This document shows, in pieces, positions 1 to 6,894 of a DNA stretch of 64,000 bases (position 1 is its first letter; every line of letters begins with the position of its first letter). The position numbers were made by a program, and so were the translations under genes. The notes beneath the pieces are model-generated. The model ran no database searches and was not told the origin of the DNA. It saw only the letters and a list, made by a program, of their open reading frames with translations. The stretch is from Clostridia bacterium (GTDB lineage Bacteria > Bacillota > Clostridia > Oscillospirales > UBA644): NCBI GenBank assembly GCA_017623595.1, contig JAGAOU010000044.1:173319-237318 (forward strand), given 5' to 3'.

Positions 1-668
1 TTATTTTATATTCAACCGTTTTGGATGCCTTTGACAACCAGTGTGTTACACTACAACCGTACAAGTTCCGCGACAGAGCAAATTTTTACGTTGACAACCA
101 ATGGCTTGCAACGTTTACAAGAGATAGAGAAACAATAAAAATTGCAGACGGCGTTCAAACTGTTGGCGGTTTACCTGCTATTACTCAAAACGGATCCAAG
201 AGAAAAATTGATGTTCTTGTAGAAAATATAGGACGCGTCAACTTCGGAAAGGAAATCTGTGACGAACGAAAAGGTTTAGAAGATGCAATTCTATCCTCAA
301 AGGCCAAACTATTCGGCTATGAAACACGGACACTGCCTCTAAACGATCTTTCAAAACTTGAATGGAGTAAGGAAAAAAACAAAAGCGTACGCCCGTGCTT
401 CTTCAAAGGGCATTTTGAAGCCAAAAGCGGCATCGATACGTATGTGGACTTTTCGAAATTCGGTCACGGGTACATTTGGATCAATGGATTCAATCTCGGC
501 AGATACGACAGTTTAGGACCTCAACTGACTCTGTATGTACCGGGCGGACTTTTACGTGAAAGAAATAACGAAATCATTGTTTTGGATATTGATCCGATCG
601 AAAAAAGGAACTATATCTCACTTTTGGATCATGAAATACTTGAAGGAGACGCCGCAGATCTGTCATAG
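1..668 (+). CDS. Beta-galactosidase, GH35 family, C-terminal part (5' end lies outside the window)
   Basis: The frame is open from base 3. The C-terminal sequence GYIWINGFNLGRYDSLGPQLTLYVPGGLL...NEIIVLDI is typical of the bacterial GH35 (BgaC-like) C-terminal beta-sandwich. Stop codon TAG at 666-668. Confidence 0.75.
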   Translation, partial: ILYSTVLDAFDNQCVTLQPYKFRDRANFYVDNQWLATFTRDRETIKIADGVQTVGGLPAITQNGSKRKIDVLVENIGRVNFGKEICDERKGLEDAILSSKAKLFGYETRTLPLNDLSKLEWSKEKNKSVRPCFFKGHFEAKSGIDTYVDFSKFGHGYIWINGFNLGRYDSLGPQLTLYVPGGLLRERNNEIIVLDIDPIEKRNYISLLDHEILEGDAADLS

Positions 669-836
669 CAGTACTTCAAGAGCATCGAGCAGGTGGAGTA
701 TGAGGTTTGAGGTTGCTCTGTTGTCGATCCCGTTTGCCTTCTGTTTAAGTCTCTTTGCGTTGAGAGCTTCGATAGCAACTCGTAGTTCAAAGGGGGTGAG
801 TTTAAGCCTGCGAACCATGGTATATCCGTTTTTCAT
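663..836 (-). CDS. Small hypothetical protein, 57 aa (MKNGYTMVRRLKLTPFELRVAIEALNAKRLKQKANGIDNRATSNLILHLLDALEVLL); below the 60-aa cutoff of the ORF track
   Basis: ATG at 836 lies about 8 nt downstream of a GAGGA Shine-Dalgarno, with a sigma-A-like promoter at 870-898. Stop TGA at 663-665 overlaps the convergent GH35 stop by 6 nt. I recognise no family. Confidence 0.5.
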   Translation of the reverse strand: MKNGYTMVRRLKLTPFELRVAIEALNAKRLKQKANGIDNRATSNLILHLLDALEVLL

Positions 837-869
837 CTGTAAATCCTCGCTTTCCTTCTTTCTGTCTAT

Positions 870-898
870 ATTATATCAGAAAAGCGGGTATTTCTCAA
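870..898 (-). promoter_or_regulatory. Sigma-A-type promoter for the 57-aa ORF
   Basis: On the minus strand: TTGAGA (898-893), 17-nt spacer, TATAAT (875-870). Confidence 0.45.
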
Positions 899-1086
899 AT
901 GTGCGATAAAGTTGCAGGTTCAAGTCCATAAGGTTCAAGGAAAGGTGCAATGGTGAAAAGGGGGTGTTTTTTTACCCCTAAAAACACGAAAAGCTCTTGA
1001 AAATCAAGGAGTTTTGTGTTCGGGTGCAAAATTGTTGCCCCAATATGCGCTCGTAGTACAAAAATGCAACTCTTGAATTTAGTGGA

Positions 1087-1256
1087 ATATTCGGCGCTGC
1101 CGAATGTGAAATAATGTGCTATCGCACATTGTGAAATATCTCACTTCGTTCGATGTGAAATGAAATTCGCCCACATTCGCGCAGCGAATATTTCACATTT
1201 GCGGAGCAAATATTTCACAGCAGAGCTATTTCACTTGCCCGCAAGGGCAAATTTCG
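1087..1256. repeat. Dyad-symmetric array: 3x TGTGAAAT, then 3-4x ATTTCAC(A), with a different short perfect hairpin in each interval
   Basis: TGTGAAAT at 1105-1112, 1130-1137 and 1154-1161. ATTTCACA/ATTTCAC at 1190-1197, 1212-1219 and 1228-1234, with a degenerate ATTTCG at 1251-1256. Hairpins at 1089-1105, 1113-1130, 1175-1189, 1197-1211 and 1235-1250. Stops in all frames. Confidence 0.6.
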
Positions 1257-1259
1257 TTG

Positions 1260-1293
1260 AAAAAAGACGGTTACTTCCGTAACCGTCTTTTTT
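1260..1293. terminator. Bidirectional intrinsic terminator; ends the tRNA-Asn transcript on the minus strand and could end a plus-strand transcript
   Basis: AGACGGTTAC-ttcc-GTAACCGTCT, a 10-bp stem flanked by an A-run upstream and TTTTTT downstream. Confidence 0.7.
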
Positions 1294-1294
1294 C

Positions 1295-1370
1295 TGGCTC
1301 CCCCTGTAGGACTCGAACCTACGACAACGCGGTTAACAGCCGCGGGCTCTACCAACTGAGCTAAGGAGGA
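1295..1370 (-). tRNA. tRNA-Asn (anticodon GTT), CCA encoded
   Basis: The reverse complement TCCTCCTTAGCTCAGTTGGTAGAGCCCGCGGCTGTTAACCGCGTTGTCGTAGGTTCGAGTCCTACAGGGGGAGCCA folds by hand into a full cloverleaf. Anticodon loop is CT-GTT-AA and the T-loop is TTCGAGT. Confidence 0.95.
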
Positions 1371-1393
1371 ATATTTCGTTTTGTTGCTTGGTT

Positions 1394-1422
1394 ATTATAA
1401 CACTTTTTTTCTCAATTGTCAA
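1394..1422 (-). promoter_or_regulatory. Sigma-A-type promoter for tRNA-Asn
   Basis: On the minus strand: TTGACA (1422-1417), 17-nt spacer, TATAAT (1399-1394), about 24 nt upstream of the mature tRNA 5' end. Confidence 0.6.
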
Positions 1423-1512
1423 GGGGGTTTGCAAAAAGTTCACAAAGAATTTTTTTGGTCCGTTTTTCCCTTGTAAAAAAGGGTTTTCTTGTAAAATTTA
1501 GCAAGAATTCTG

Positions 1513-1541
1513 TTGACTTCCTTTCCGAATTGTGCTATAAT
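1513..1541 (+). promoter_or_regulatory. Sigma-A-type promoter with extended -10 for the M20 peptidase gene
   Basis: TTGACT (1513-1518), 17-nt spacer, TGcTATAAT (-10 at 1536-1541). Confidence 0.55.
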
Positions 1542-1571
1542 CAGTATGTAAATTTAATTTGGAGGATTCCT

Positions 1572-2717
1572 ATGTGGCAGAAGGTTTTTGATACCATCGA
1601 TTCTCTTGCGGATGAGTATCTTTTGATCTGGAAAGAATTTTGCGATATTGAGAGTCCCACCTCTTATAAAGAAGGCGTGGATAAAGCTTCCCGATATATG
1701 GTTGCGCTCGCGGAAAAAATGGGTTGGCAGGTGGAATACAATCGTCAGTCCGTTTCGGGAGATTGTGTTTGCATCACCATGAATCCCGGTGCGCCCGGTC
1801 GTCCCGTTGCAATGTCGGGGCACGTGGATACTGTGCATCCCGTAGGTTCCTTCGGCAATCCCGCCACCCGCATTGAAGGGGATAAGATCTTTGGACCCGG
1901 CGTTGTCGATTGCAAAGGGGGCGTTGTGGCGTCATTTCTTGCCATGGCTGCGCTGCAGCAATGCGGCTTTCAGGATCGCCCCATTATCAATCTGCTTCAA
2001 AGTGATGAGGAAATCAGCAGCATCACCAGCAATAAGCAGACTGTCGCTTATATGGGTGAAAAGGCAAAGAATTGCGCAGTATTTATGAATACGGAAGGTT
2101 GTGCGCCCGGAACCCTTACCATCGAGCGAAAAGGAATTCAGCGCTATGTCTTTGATATACGGGGAAGGGCGGTTCATTCCTCCGAATGCTATGAAGGGAT
2201 CAATCCCGTGACCGAGGCGGCGCATAAAATCCTTGCCCTGGAACAGTTTAAGGATCCTGAGGGAATTACCTGTAACTGCAGTGTGATTCAAGGAGGGACG
2301 ACTCCCAACACCGTTCCCGATTCCTGCTCTTTTCTTGCCGATTTTCGATATAGGACTATGGCGCAACGGGATTATATCGAGCAATTTGTGCGTGATTTGG
2401 CCGCAAAATCCTTTGTGGAAGGATCTGTCTGCACCGTCACCGAGAAGAGTCGTCGGATCTGTATGGAGCGGACGGATTTTAACGAGGAATTATTGTGTAA
2501 CATCTGTAATATATATGAAAAAACCGGCCTTCCTGCCGTGAAGGGTGTCTTCGGCAAAGGTGGCTCCGATGCGGCGGATATGACTGCCCGCGGAATTCCC
2601 TGCCTTGACGGCTTTGGTGTGTACGGAAAACGGGTGCATTCCGTGGAAGAATATGCATACATTGATTCTCTTGCGCAGGCGGCCAAGGCAATGGCTGCCA
2701 TCACCTTGTATCTCTGA
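1572..2717 (+). CDS. M20 family metallopeptidase (carboxypeptidase G2 / glutamate carboxypeptidase-like)
   Basis: ATG at 1572 follows GGAGGA. The track's start at 1416 would run through the promoter. Motifs SGHVDTVHP, DCKGG and SDEEISS are typical of M20. Confidence 0.8.
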   Translation: MWQKVFDTIDSLADEYLLIWKEFCDIESPTSYKEGVDKASRYMVALAEKMGWQVEYNRQSVSGDCVCITMNPGAPGRPVAMSGHVDTVHPVGSFGNPATRIEGDKIFGPGVVDCKGGVVASFLAMAALQQCGFQDRPIINLLQSDEEISSITSNKQTVAYMGEKAKNCAVFMNTEGCAPGTLTIERKGIQRYVFDIRGRAVHSSECYEGINPVTEAAHKILALEQFKDPEGITCNCSVIQGGTTPNTVPDSCSFLADFRYRTMAQRDYIEQFVRDLAAKSFVEGSVCTVTEKSRRICMERTDFNEELLCNICNIYEKTGLPAVKGVFGKGGSDAADMTARGIPCLDGFGVYGKRVHSVEEYAYIDSLAQAAKAMAAITLYL

Positions 2718-2743
2718 TTTAATACGGATTGCGAATTTTGAGA

Positions 2744-2778
2744 AGCCCTTCCCGATATAATATAGGGGAGGGCTTTTT
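2744..2778 (+). terminator. Intrinsic terminator of the M20 gene; its 3' arm contains the Shine-Dalgarno of the next gene
   Basis: AGCCCTTCCC (2744-2753) pairs with GGGGAGGGCT (2765-2774) with one G-U pair. The 11-nt loop is gatataatata, followed by a TTTTT tract directly before ATG 2779. Confidence 0.6.
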
Positions 2779-3816
2779 ATGTCTTTTTTTGAATGGATAA
2801 CATGTGTTATTTCCTCTGTTCCGTTGGCATGTCTGACTTTTTTGACTCTGTGTGTAATTTTTGTTAACGGCTGGACCGATGCTCCCAATGCGATTGCTTC
2901 CTGCGTGGTAACGAGAGTGCTGACGCCAAAAGGTGCTGTTGTCATGGCTTCAATCTGCAATTTTTTTGGGCTGATTCTTTCCGTGGCCGTGAATCGTACC
3001 GTTACTGACACCGTCTATTCCATGGTGGATTTCGGTCCGGATGTCTCCTTGTCCCGTATCGCTCTTTGTGCGGCGCTGACTGCGGTTGTTGTTTGGGCGG
3101 TTTCCGCATGGTTTTTTGGGATTCCTACCAGCGAAAGTCATGCTCTGATAGCCGGTATTACAGGTGCTGCATTCGCTTTGCGCGGGGGAGACGGAATCCG
3201 TTTTTCTGTCTGGAGTCGCGTTTTGTGGGGTTTGCTCCTATCAGTAGGAATCGGTTTTTTGTTCGGCTGGCTTTCAACCCGTATGATACTTTATTTTTTT
3301 TCAAAGATAAGAAGAGACCGCGCACAATTTATCTTTTTCCGTACTCAAATTTTGGGTGGTGCGATGAATGCGTTTCTCCATGGCGCACAGGACGGTCAAA
3401 AATTTATTGGAGTTCTTCTGTTGTCCGTGGCCGCGCACACAGGGGAATCCGTGGCTGAAATTCCGTTATGGATGGTTCTTCTTTGTTCGGTAGTTCTCTC
3501 TTGCGGGACGGCTCTCGGTGGGGGACGAATTATTCGTGCTGTTGGAATGAAAATGTTGAAGCTTGAGCGATTTCAAGGGGTTGCTTCGGATGTTGCTTCT
3601 GCCGTCAGCCTTCTGATTTGTTCCGTGTTTGGGCTTCCCGTCAGCACTACTCACGTAAAAACAACCTCTGTTATGGGCGCAGGCTCCGCCGTTCGTATCC
3701 GTTCTGTGAATTGGAGTATTGCGGGACAGATGGTTGTCGCCTGGTGCCTAACCTTTCCCGGTTGCGGTCTTTTAGGATACGGGATGGCAAAGGTGTTCCT
3801 GATGCTGTTTCAATAA
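2779..3816 (+). CDS. pit: Inorganic phosphate transporter, PiT (PHO4) family
   Basis: Multi-pass membrane protein with the N-terminal NGWTDAPNAIA motif and the second GAQDGQKFIG motif characteristic of PiT. Confidence 0.85.
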   Translation: MSFFEWITCVISSVPLACLTFLTLCVIFVNGWTDAPNAIASCVVTRVLTPKGAVVMASICNFFGLILSVAVNRTVTDTVYSMVDFGPDVSLSRIALCAALTAVVVWAVSAWFFGIPTSESHALIAGITGAAFALRGGDGIRFSVWSRVLWGLLLSVGIGFLFGWLSTRMILYFFSKIRRDRAQFIFFRTQILGGAMNAFLHGAQDGQKFIGVLLLSVAAHTGESVAEIPLWMVLLCSVVLSCGTALGGGRIIRAVGMKMLKLERFQGVASDVASAVSLLICSVFGLPVSTTHVKTTSVMGAGSAVRIRSVNWSIAGQMVVAWCLTFPGCGLLGYGMAKVFLMLFQ

Positions 3817-3835
3817 TAACGATCGTTACACAATA

Positions 3836-3871
3836 AAGCACTTGCGAACAAAATCCGCAAGTGCTTTGCTT
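3836..3871. terminator. Bidirectional terminator between the convergent pit and pdaA-like genes
   Basis: AAGCACTTGCG-9 nt-CGCAAGTGCTT, an 11-bp stem. Confidence 0.7.
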
Positions 3872-4690
3872 TCATTGTGTTACCAGATCCTCCAGTCGTC
3901 CGAATGTGTATCCCATGGCTTTCCATTCAACAACAAGGCGTTCCAGAATGTCCCGATTGGTTTCTGATGTGCTGTGAAGCAGTACGATTGCCCCATTGTG
4001 GATTCTTGAATTGAGTTTTTGAATTGCTTTTTGTGGATCAGGTTGGTTTGTGTTGTCCCAATCTGCATAGGCAAGGCTCCAGAATACGGTAGCATATCCC
4101 AATTCTTTTGCTTGAATCAGATTGGTTTCACTGAATTTCCCTTGGGGTGGACGATACACCTTTTTCATATCCAATCCGGTGATTTCCTTATATTTTTCCT
4201 CTACTGCCGTCAATTCTGCCTGCAATGCCTGCGACGTATCCAGCTTGCTCATGTCGGGATGGGATGCTGTGTGGTTTGCTATCAGATGTCCTTCCTCCGC
4301 CATTCGTTTCACCAAATCAGGCGAGGTTTTCATATAGTGCTCCACTAAAAAGAATGTGGCGGGAACATTGTGCTTTTTCAGTGTGTCCAAAATATCCGAT
4401 GTGTAACCGTTTTCATAGCCCGCATCAAAGGTAAGATAGATGATTTTTTCTTCGGTGTTTCCTATAAAATACGCGTTATATAACGCAAGTTCTTCTTTTG
4501 TTGCGTTTCCCTGTGGCGGAGCGCCCGTAACGCCGAAGGAGAGGCCCCAATCCGAAGTTGCGAACGTCTCTGCCGTCTGTGCTTCAAAGGCGGCAACCGC
4601 CGCAAGCGAGAGGCACAGACAGAGGGCGCAAAGGGCTATGGTTTGCCAATGATGCTCCAGTGTTTGTAAGAGATGAATCTTTTTTTTCAC
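3872..4690 (-). CDS. pdaA: Polysaccharide deacetylase, PdaA-like (spore cortex delta-lactam type)
   Basis: LTFDAGYENGYT...VPATFFLVEHY...GHLIANHTASHPD closely follows the B. subtilis PdaA pattern. N-terminal signal/anchor. GTG start with GGAG upstream. Confidence 0.75.
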   Translation of the reverse strand: MKKKIHLLQTLEHHWQTIALCALCLCLSLAAVAAFEAQTAETFATSDWGLSFGVTGAPPQGNATKEELALYNAYFIGNTEEKIIYLTFDAGYENGYTSDILDTLKKHNVPATFFLVEHYMKTSPDLVKRMAEEGHLIANHTASHPDMSKLDTSQALQAELTAVEEKYKEITGLDMKKVYRPPQGKFSETNLIQAKELGYATVFWSLAYADWDNTNQPDPQKAIQKLNSRIHNGAIVLLHSTSETNRDILERLVVEWKAMGYTFGRLEDLVTQ

Positions 4691-4762
4691 AAATCAATCA
4701 CTCCTTTTCCGTTTATTTTATGACATATCCCGGGGATTTATCCATAATATGGAACAGAAAGG

Positions 4763-5335
4763 ATGATTCGCTTGATCGGTTGGATTTGCTTTTTATTGTT
4801 TTTTTTCGGCGTTTTATACAGTGTGATTTTCGGAACCTCTCAACAAGTGCTGGCAGATTTTTTGGACTTGCCGTCGCAAAGTGTAACGCTTGTTATAAAT
4901 CTTACTGGCACCATCTGCTTCTTTTCCGGTATTATGAATGTGGCGAAGCAGACCGGGTTGATTGATCGTTTTGCCCGTTTTCTTTCCCGTCCGCTTGGTG
5001 CACTGATTCCCGATATTCGAAAGAATCAGGTCGTGCGCTCCGATGTGACAATGAATCTTGCATCGAATTTTTTTGGTCTTGGAAATGCGGCAACTCCCTT
5101 TGGTATCCGCGGTTCTATGGGGTTGGTAAAGGAAAGCATGACCCGCTCTCTGGCAACGTTTTTGATTTTGAACACCTGTTCGGTCCAGTTGATTCCTACC
5201 ACGGTCTGTGCCTTGCGGCAGGCAAACGGTGCGGAAAACCCCACGGATATTCTCCCTGCCGTGTGGCTGGTTCAGGTTTTTTCCTGTATCTTCGGAATTC
5301 TGCTTGTTCGTGTCTTGTTTCGGGAGGAAAAATGA
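4763..5335 (+). CDS. spmA: Spore maturation protein A (nucleoside-recognition domain membrane protein)
   Basis: Membrane protein of SpmA size and pattern, directly followed by a spmB-like gene with an ATGA overlap. Confidence 0.8.
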   Translation: MIRLIGWICFLLFFFGVLYSVIFGTSQQVLADFLDLPSQSVTLVINLTGTICFFSGIMNVAKQTGLIDRFARFLSRPLGALIPDIRKNQVVRSDVTMNLASNFFGLGNAATPFGIRGSMGLVKESMTRSLATFLILNTCSVQLIPTTVCALRQANGAENPTDILPAVWLVQVFSCIFGILLVRVLFREEK

Positions 5336-5838
5336 GGGGAATATTACCGATTCTGATTCTCTTTGTGTTTGGCTTCGCGCTGATAAAGAAAAGGCCTGTT
5401 TTTGCGGATTTTTGCGACGGTGTCAAGGATGGGCTGCGCGTTTGTCTCAATATTTTCCCTACGTTGCTTTTGGTGCTAACCGCCGTGGGTGTTTTTCGAT
5501 CCTCGGGGGCCATGGAGGGGTTGATTGGGGCGCTGGCGCCCCTTTGTCAAGTATCGAATTTCCCCACCGAAATTCTTCCCCTTGCTCTGATTCGCCCTCT
5601 GTCGGGAGGTGGTGCTCTTTCGGTCTGTGAGTCAATGCTGAAGACATACGGTGCGAATTCTTTTGTCGGGCGTATGGCTTCTGTGTTATCTGCTTCTACC
5701 GAAACGACCTTTTATACCTTAGCCGTCTATTTGCCGAAGAAGTCGATGAAAGGAACAGGGCGTTTTATTGTTTGTGCTCTTCTTTGTGATTGTTTTACGC
5801 TGTTTTTGTCTGTTTTTATTTGCCGCTTGATTCTATAA
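5332..5838 (+). CDS. spmB: Spore maturation protein B
   Basis: ATG at 5332 (GGAGGAAAAATG) overlaps the spmA stop by 4 nt. The track ORF beginning at 5263 is an upstream extension in the same frame. Confidence 0.8.
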   Translation: MRGILPILILFVFGFALIKKRPVFADFCDGVKDGLRVCLNIFPTLLLVLTAVGVFRSSGAMEGLIGALAPLCQVSNFPTEILPLALIRPLSGGGALSVCESMLKTYGANSFVGRMASVLSASTETTFYTLAVYLPKKSMKGTGRFIVCALLCDCFTLFLSVFICRLIL

Positions 5839-5840
5839 AA

Positions 5841-5864
5841 ACGGAGCACCGAAAGGTGCTCCGT
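5841..5864. terminator. Stem-loop terminator between spmB and the convergent ABC operon
   Basis: ACGGAGCACC-gaaa-GGTGCTCCGT, a 10-bp stem with a GAAA loop. Confidence 0.6.
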
Positions 5865-5877
5865 TGCGCTTGTTTAA

Positions 5878-6891
5878 TTATCGTTCTTCTCGGAAATAGG
5901 GGAGACCGAGATTTGCGGGAGGCTGGTTTTCTTTTTTCTTGCGGATGCTGGTCAGAATCAAGACGAACATGGTCGCCAGATAGGGAAGCATCTTGAAGAT
6001 TGGCTGGAAGCTGCGGGTGAGGGTGAATCCGAACAGACCCGTGTACAAATACATCCAGTAGAGCATCCCGAACAGATAGGAGCCCCAAATGGCGTTGAGA
6101 GGCTTCCATGTTGTGAAGATAACCAAAGCGACCGCCAACCAACCAAGGGTTTCGATGGTGCCGTCGTTTGCCCAGGTGCCCTTGGTGAAGTCAACAACGT
6201 AATACAGACCGCCCAAGCCGGCAATTCCGCACCCGATGCAGGTGGAAAGATACTTATACTTGGTAACGTTGATGCCTGCAGCGTCTGCTGTTGCAGGGTT
6301 TTCACCTACAGCACGCAGATTCAGACCTGCGCGGGAGCGCTTGAGGAAAATTGCCATAAGAATGGCAATAATCACCGCAAGGTATGCAAGAAAACCATAG
6401 GAGAAGAAGAGCTTGCCAAAGCTTCCCATCTTGTCAAGGAAGGGTACGGTGGTTCGGAAGGCTTCACTTGTCGAAGAGATAGAGATTTGGCCCACACCGC
6501 CTGCTAATTTGTTCAGAGAGCCCCCGAAAAAATTGGCAATACCTGCCCCGAAGATGGTCAGAGTAAGACCTGTAACGTTTTGATTCGCTCTCAGGGTTGT
6601 GGTAAGAAAACTGAAAATCAGACCGCCCAGAGCGCCGGCACCGAAAGCACAGACGAAGGCAATGAGAATGCAAAGGATGGCGTTTGGTTCAATCCCTGCT
6701 TGCGTACAGGCGTTCTCGTAGAAAAAGGCGCCCGCCAAGCTGGCGATGCCACCCAAGTACATGGTGCCGGGAATACCGAGGTTCAGGTTTCCCGATTTCT
6801 CGGTCAGAATTTCACCGCAACAGCCGTACATGATCACGGTTCCGAAGATGATTGCGGATTGAATCCATTGAATCAAAGAGTCGATATTCAT
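5878..6891 (-). CDS. ABC transporter permease (BMP/nucleoside-type importer, second permease)
   Basis: Polytopic membrane protein and last gene of the SBP-ATPase-permease-permease operon. The pattern resembles the NupQ/RnsD family. Confidence 0.85.
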   Translation of the reverse strand: MNIDSLIQWIQSAIIFGTVIMYGCCGEILTEKSGNLNLGIPGTMYLGGIASLAGAFFYENACTQAGIEPNAILCILIAFVCAFGAGALGGLIFSFLTTTLRANQNVTGLTLTIFGAGIANFFGGSLNKLAGGVGQISISSTSEAFRTTVPFLDKMGSFGKLFFSYGFLAYLAVIIAILMAIFLKRSRAGLNLRAVGENPATADAAGINVTKYKYLSTCIGCGIAGLGGLYYVVDFTKGTWANDGTIETLGWLAVALVIFTTWKPLNAIWGSYLFGMLYWMYLYTGLFGFTLTRSFQPIFKMLPYLATMFVLILTSIRKKKENQPPANLGLPYFREER

Positions 6892-6894
6892 GGG

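Noticed and set aside
535-909. 124-aa plus-strand ORF running from the GH35 gene into the intergenic region
   Set aside because: It is out of frame inside the GH35 coding sequence and runs opposite the better-supported 57-aa minus-strand ORF and its promoter. The product is hydrophobic and low-complexity.
912-945. GGTTCAAGTCC, a tRNA T-arm-like string suggesting a tRNA fragment or att-site remnant near tRNA-Asn
   Set aside because: The flanking bases do not form a T-stem. Identity to the tRNA-Asn 3' end is only partial, the orientation is opposite, and there is no integrase or direct repeat of the tRNA end in the window.
1016-1117. Possible 33-codon ORF (GTG start after AAGGAG) reading into the first hairpin of the array
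   Set aside because: It is short, has no conservation evidence, and ends inside the repeat array. It is more likely a chance ORF, though it could be revisited if the region proves to be transcribed.
1130-1145. CRP/FNR-like palindrome TGTGA-aatatc-TCACt
   Set aside because: It is produced by one TGTGAAAT octamer of the array plus adjacent sequence. I interpret it as part of the larger repeat architecture rather than a stand-alone CRP site.
1416-1571. N-terminal extension of the M20 peptidase ORF given by the track
   Set aside because: The extension covers the TTGACT-17-TATAAT promoter and the tRNA promoter region. ATG 1572 has a GGAGGA Shine-Dalgarno, and the conserved M20 sequence begins there.
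4691-4762. Possible sporulation-sigma promoters in the pdaA/spmA divergent region (ACATATC-13 nt-CATAATAT toward spmA; GGATA...CATAAAATA toward pdaA)
   Set aside because: The matches to the sigma-E and sigma-G consensus are partial and the spacing is ambiguous, which is too weak to report as features.
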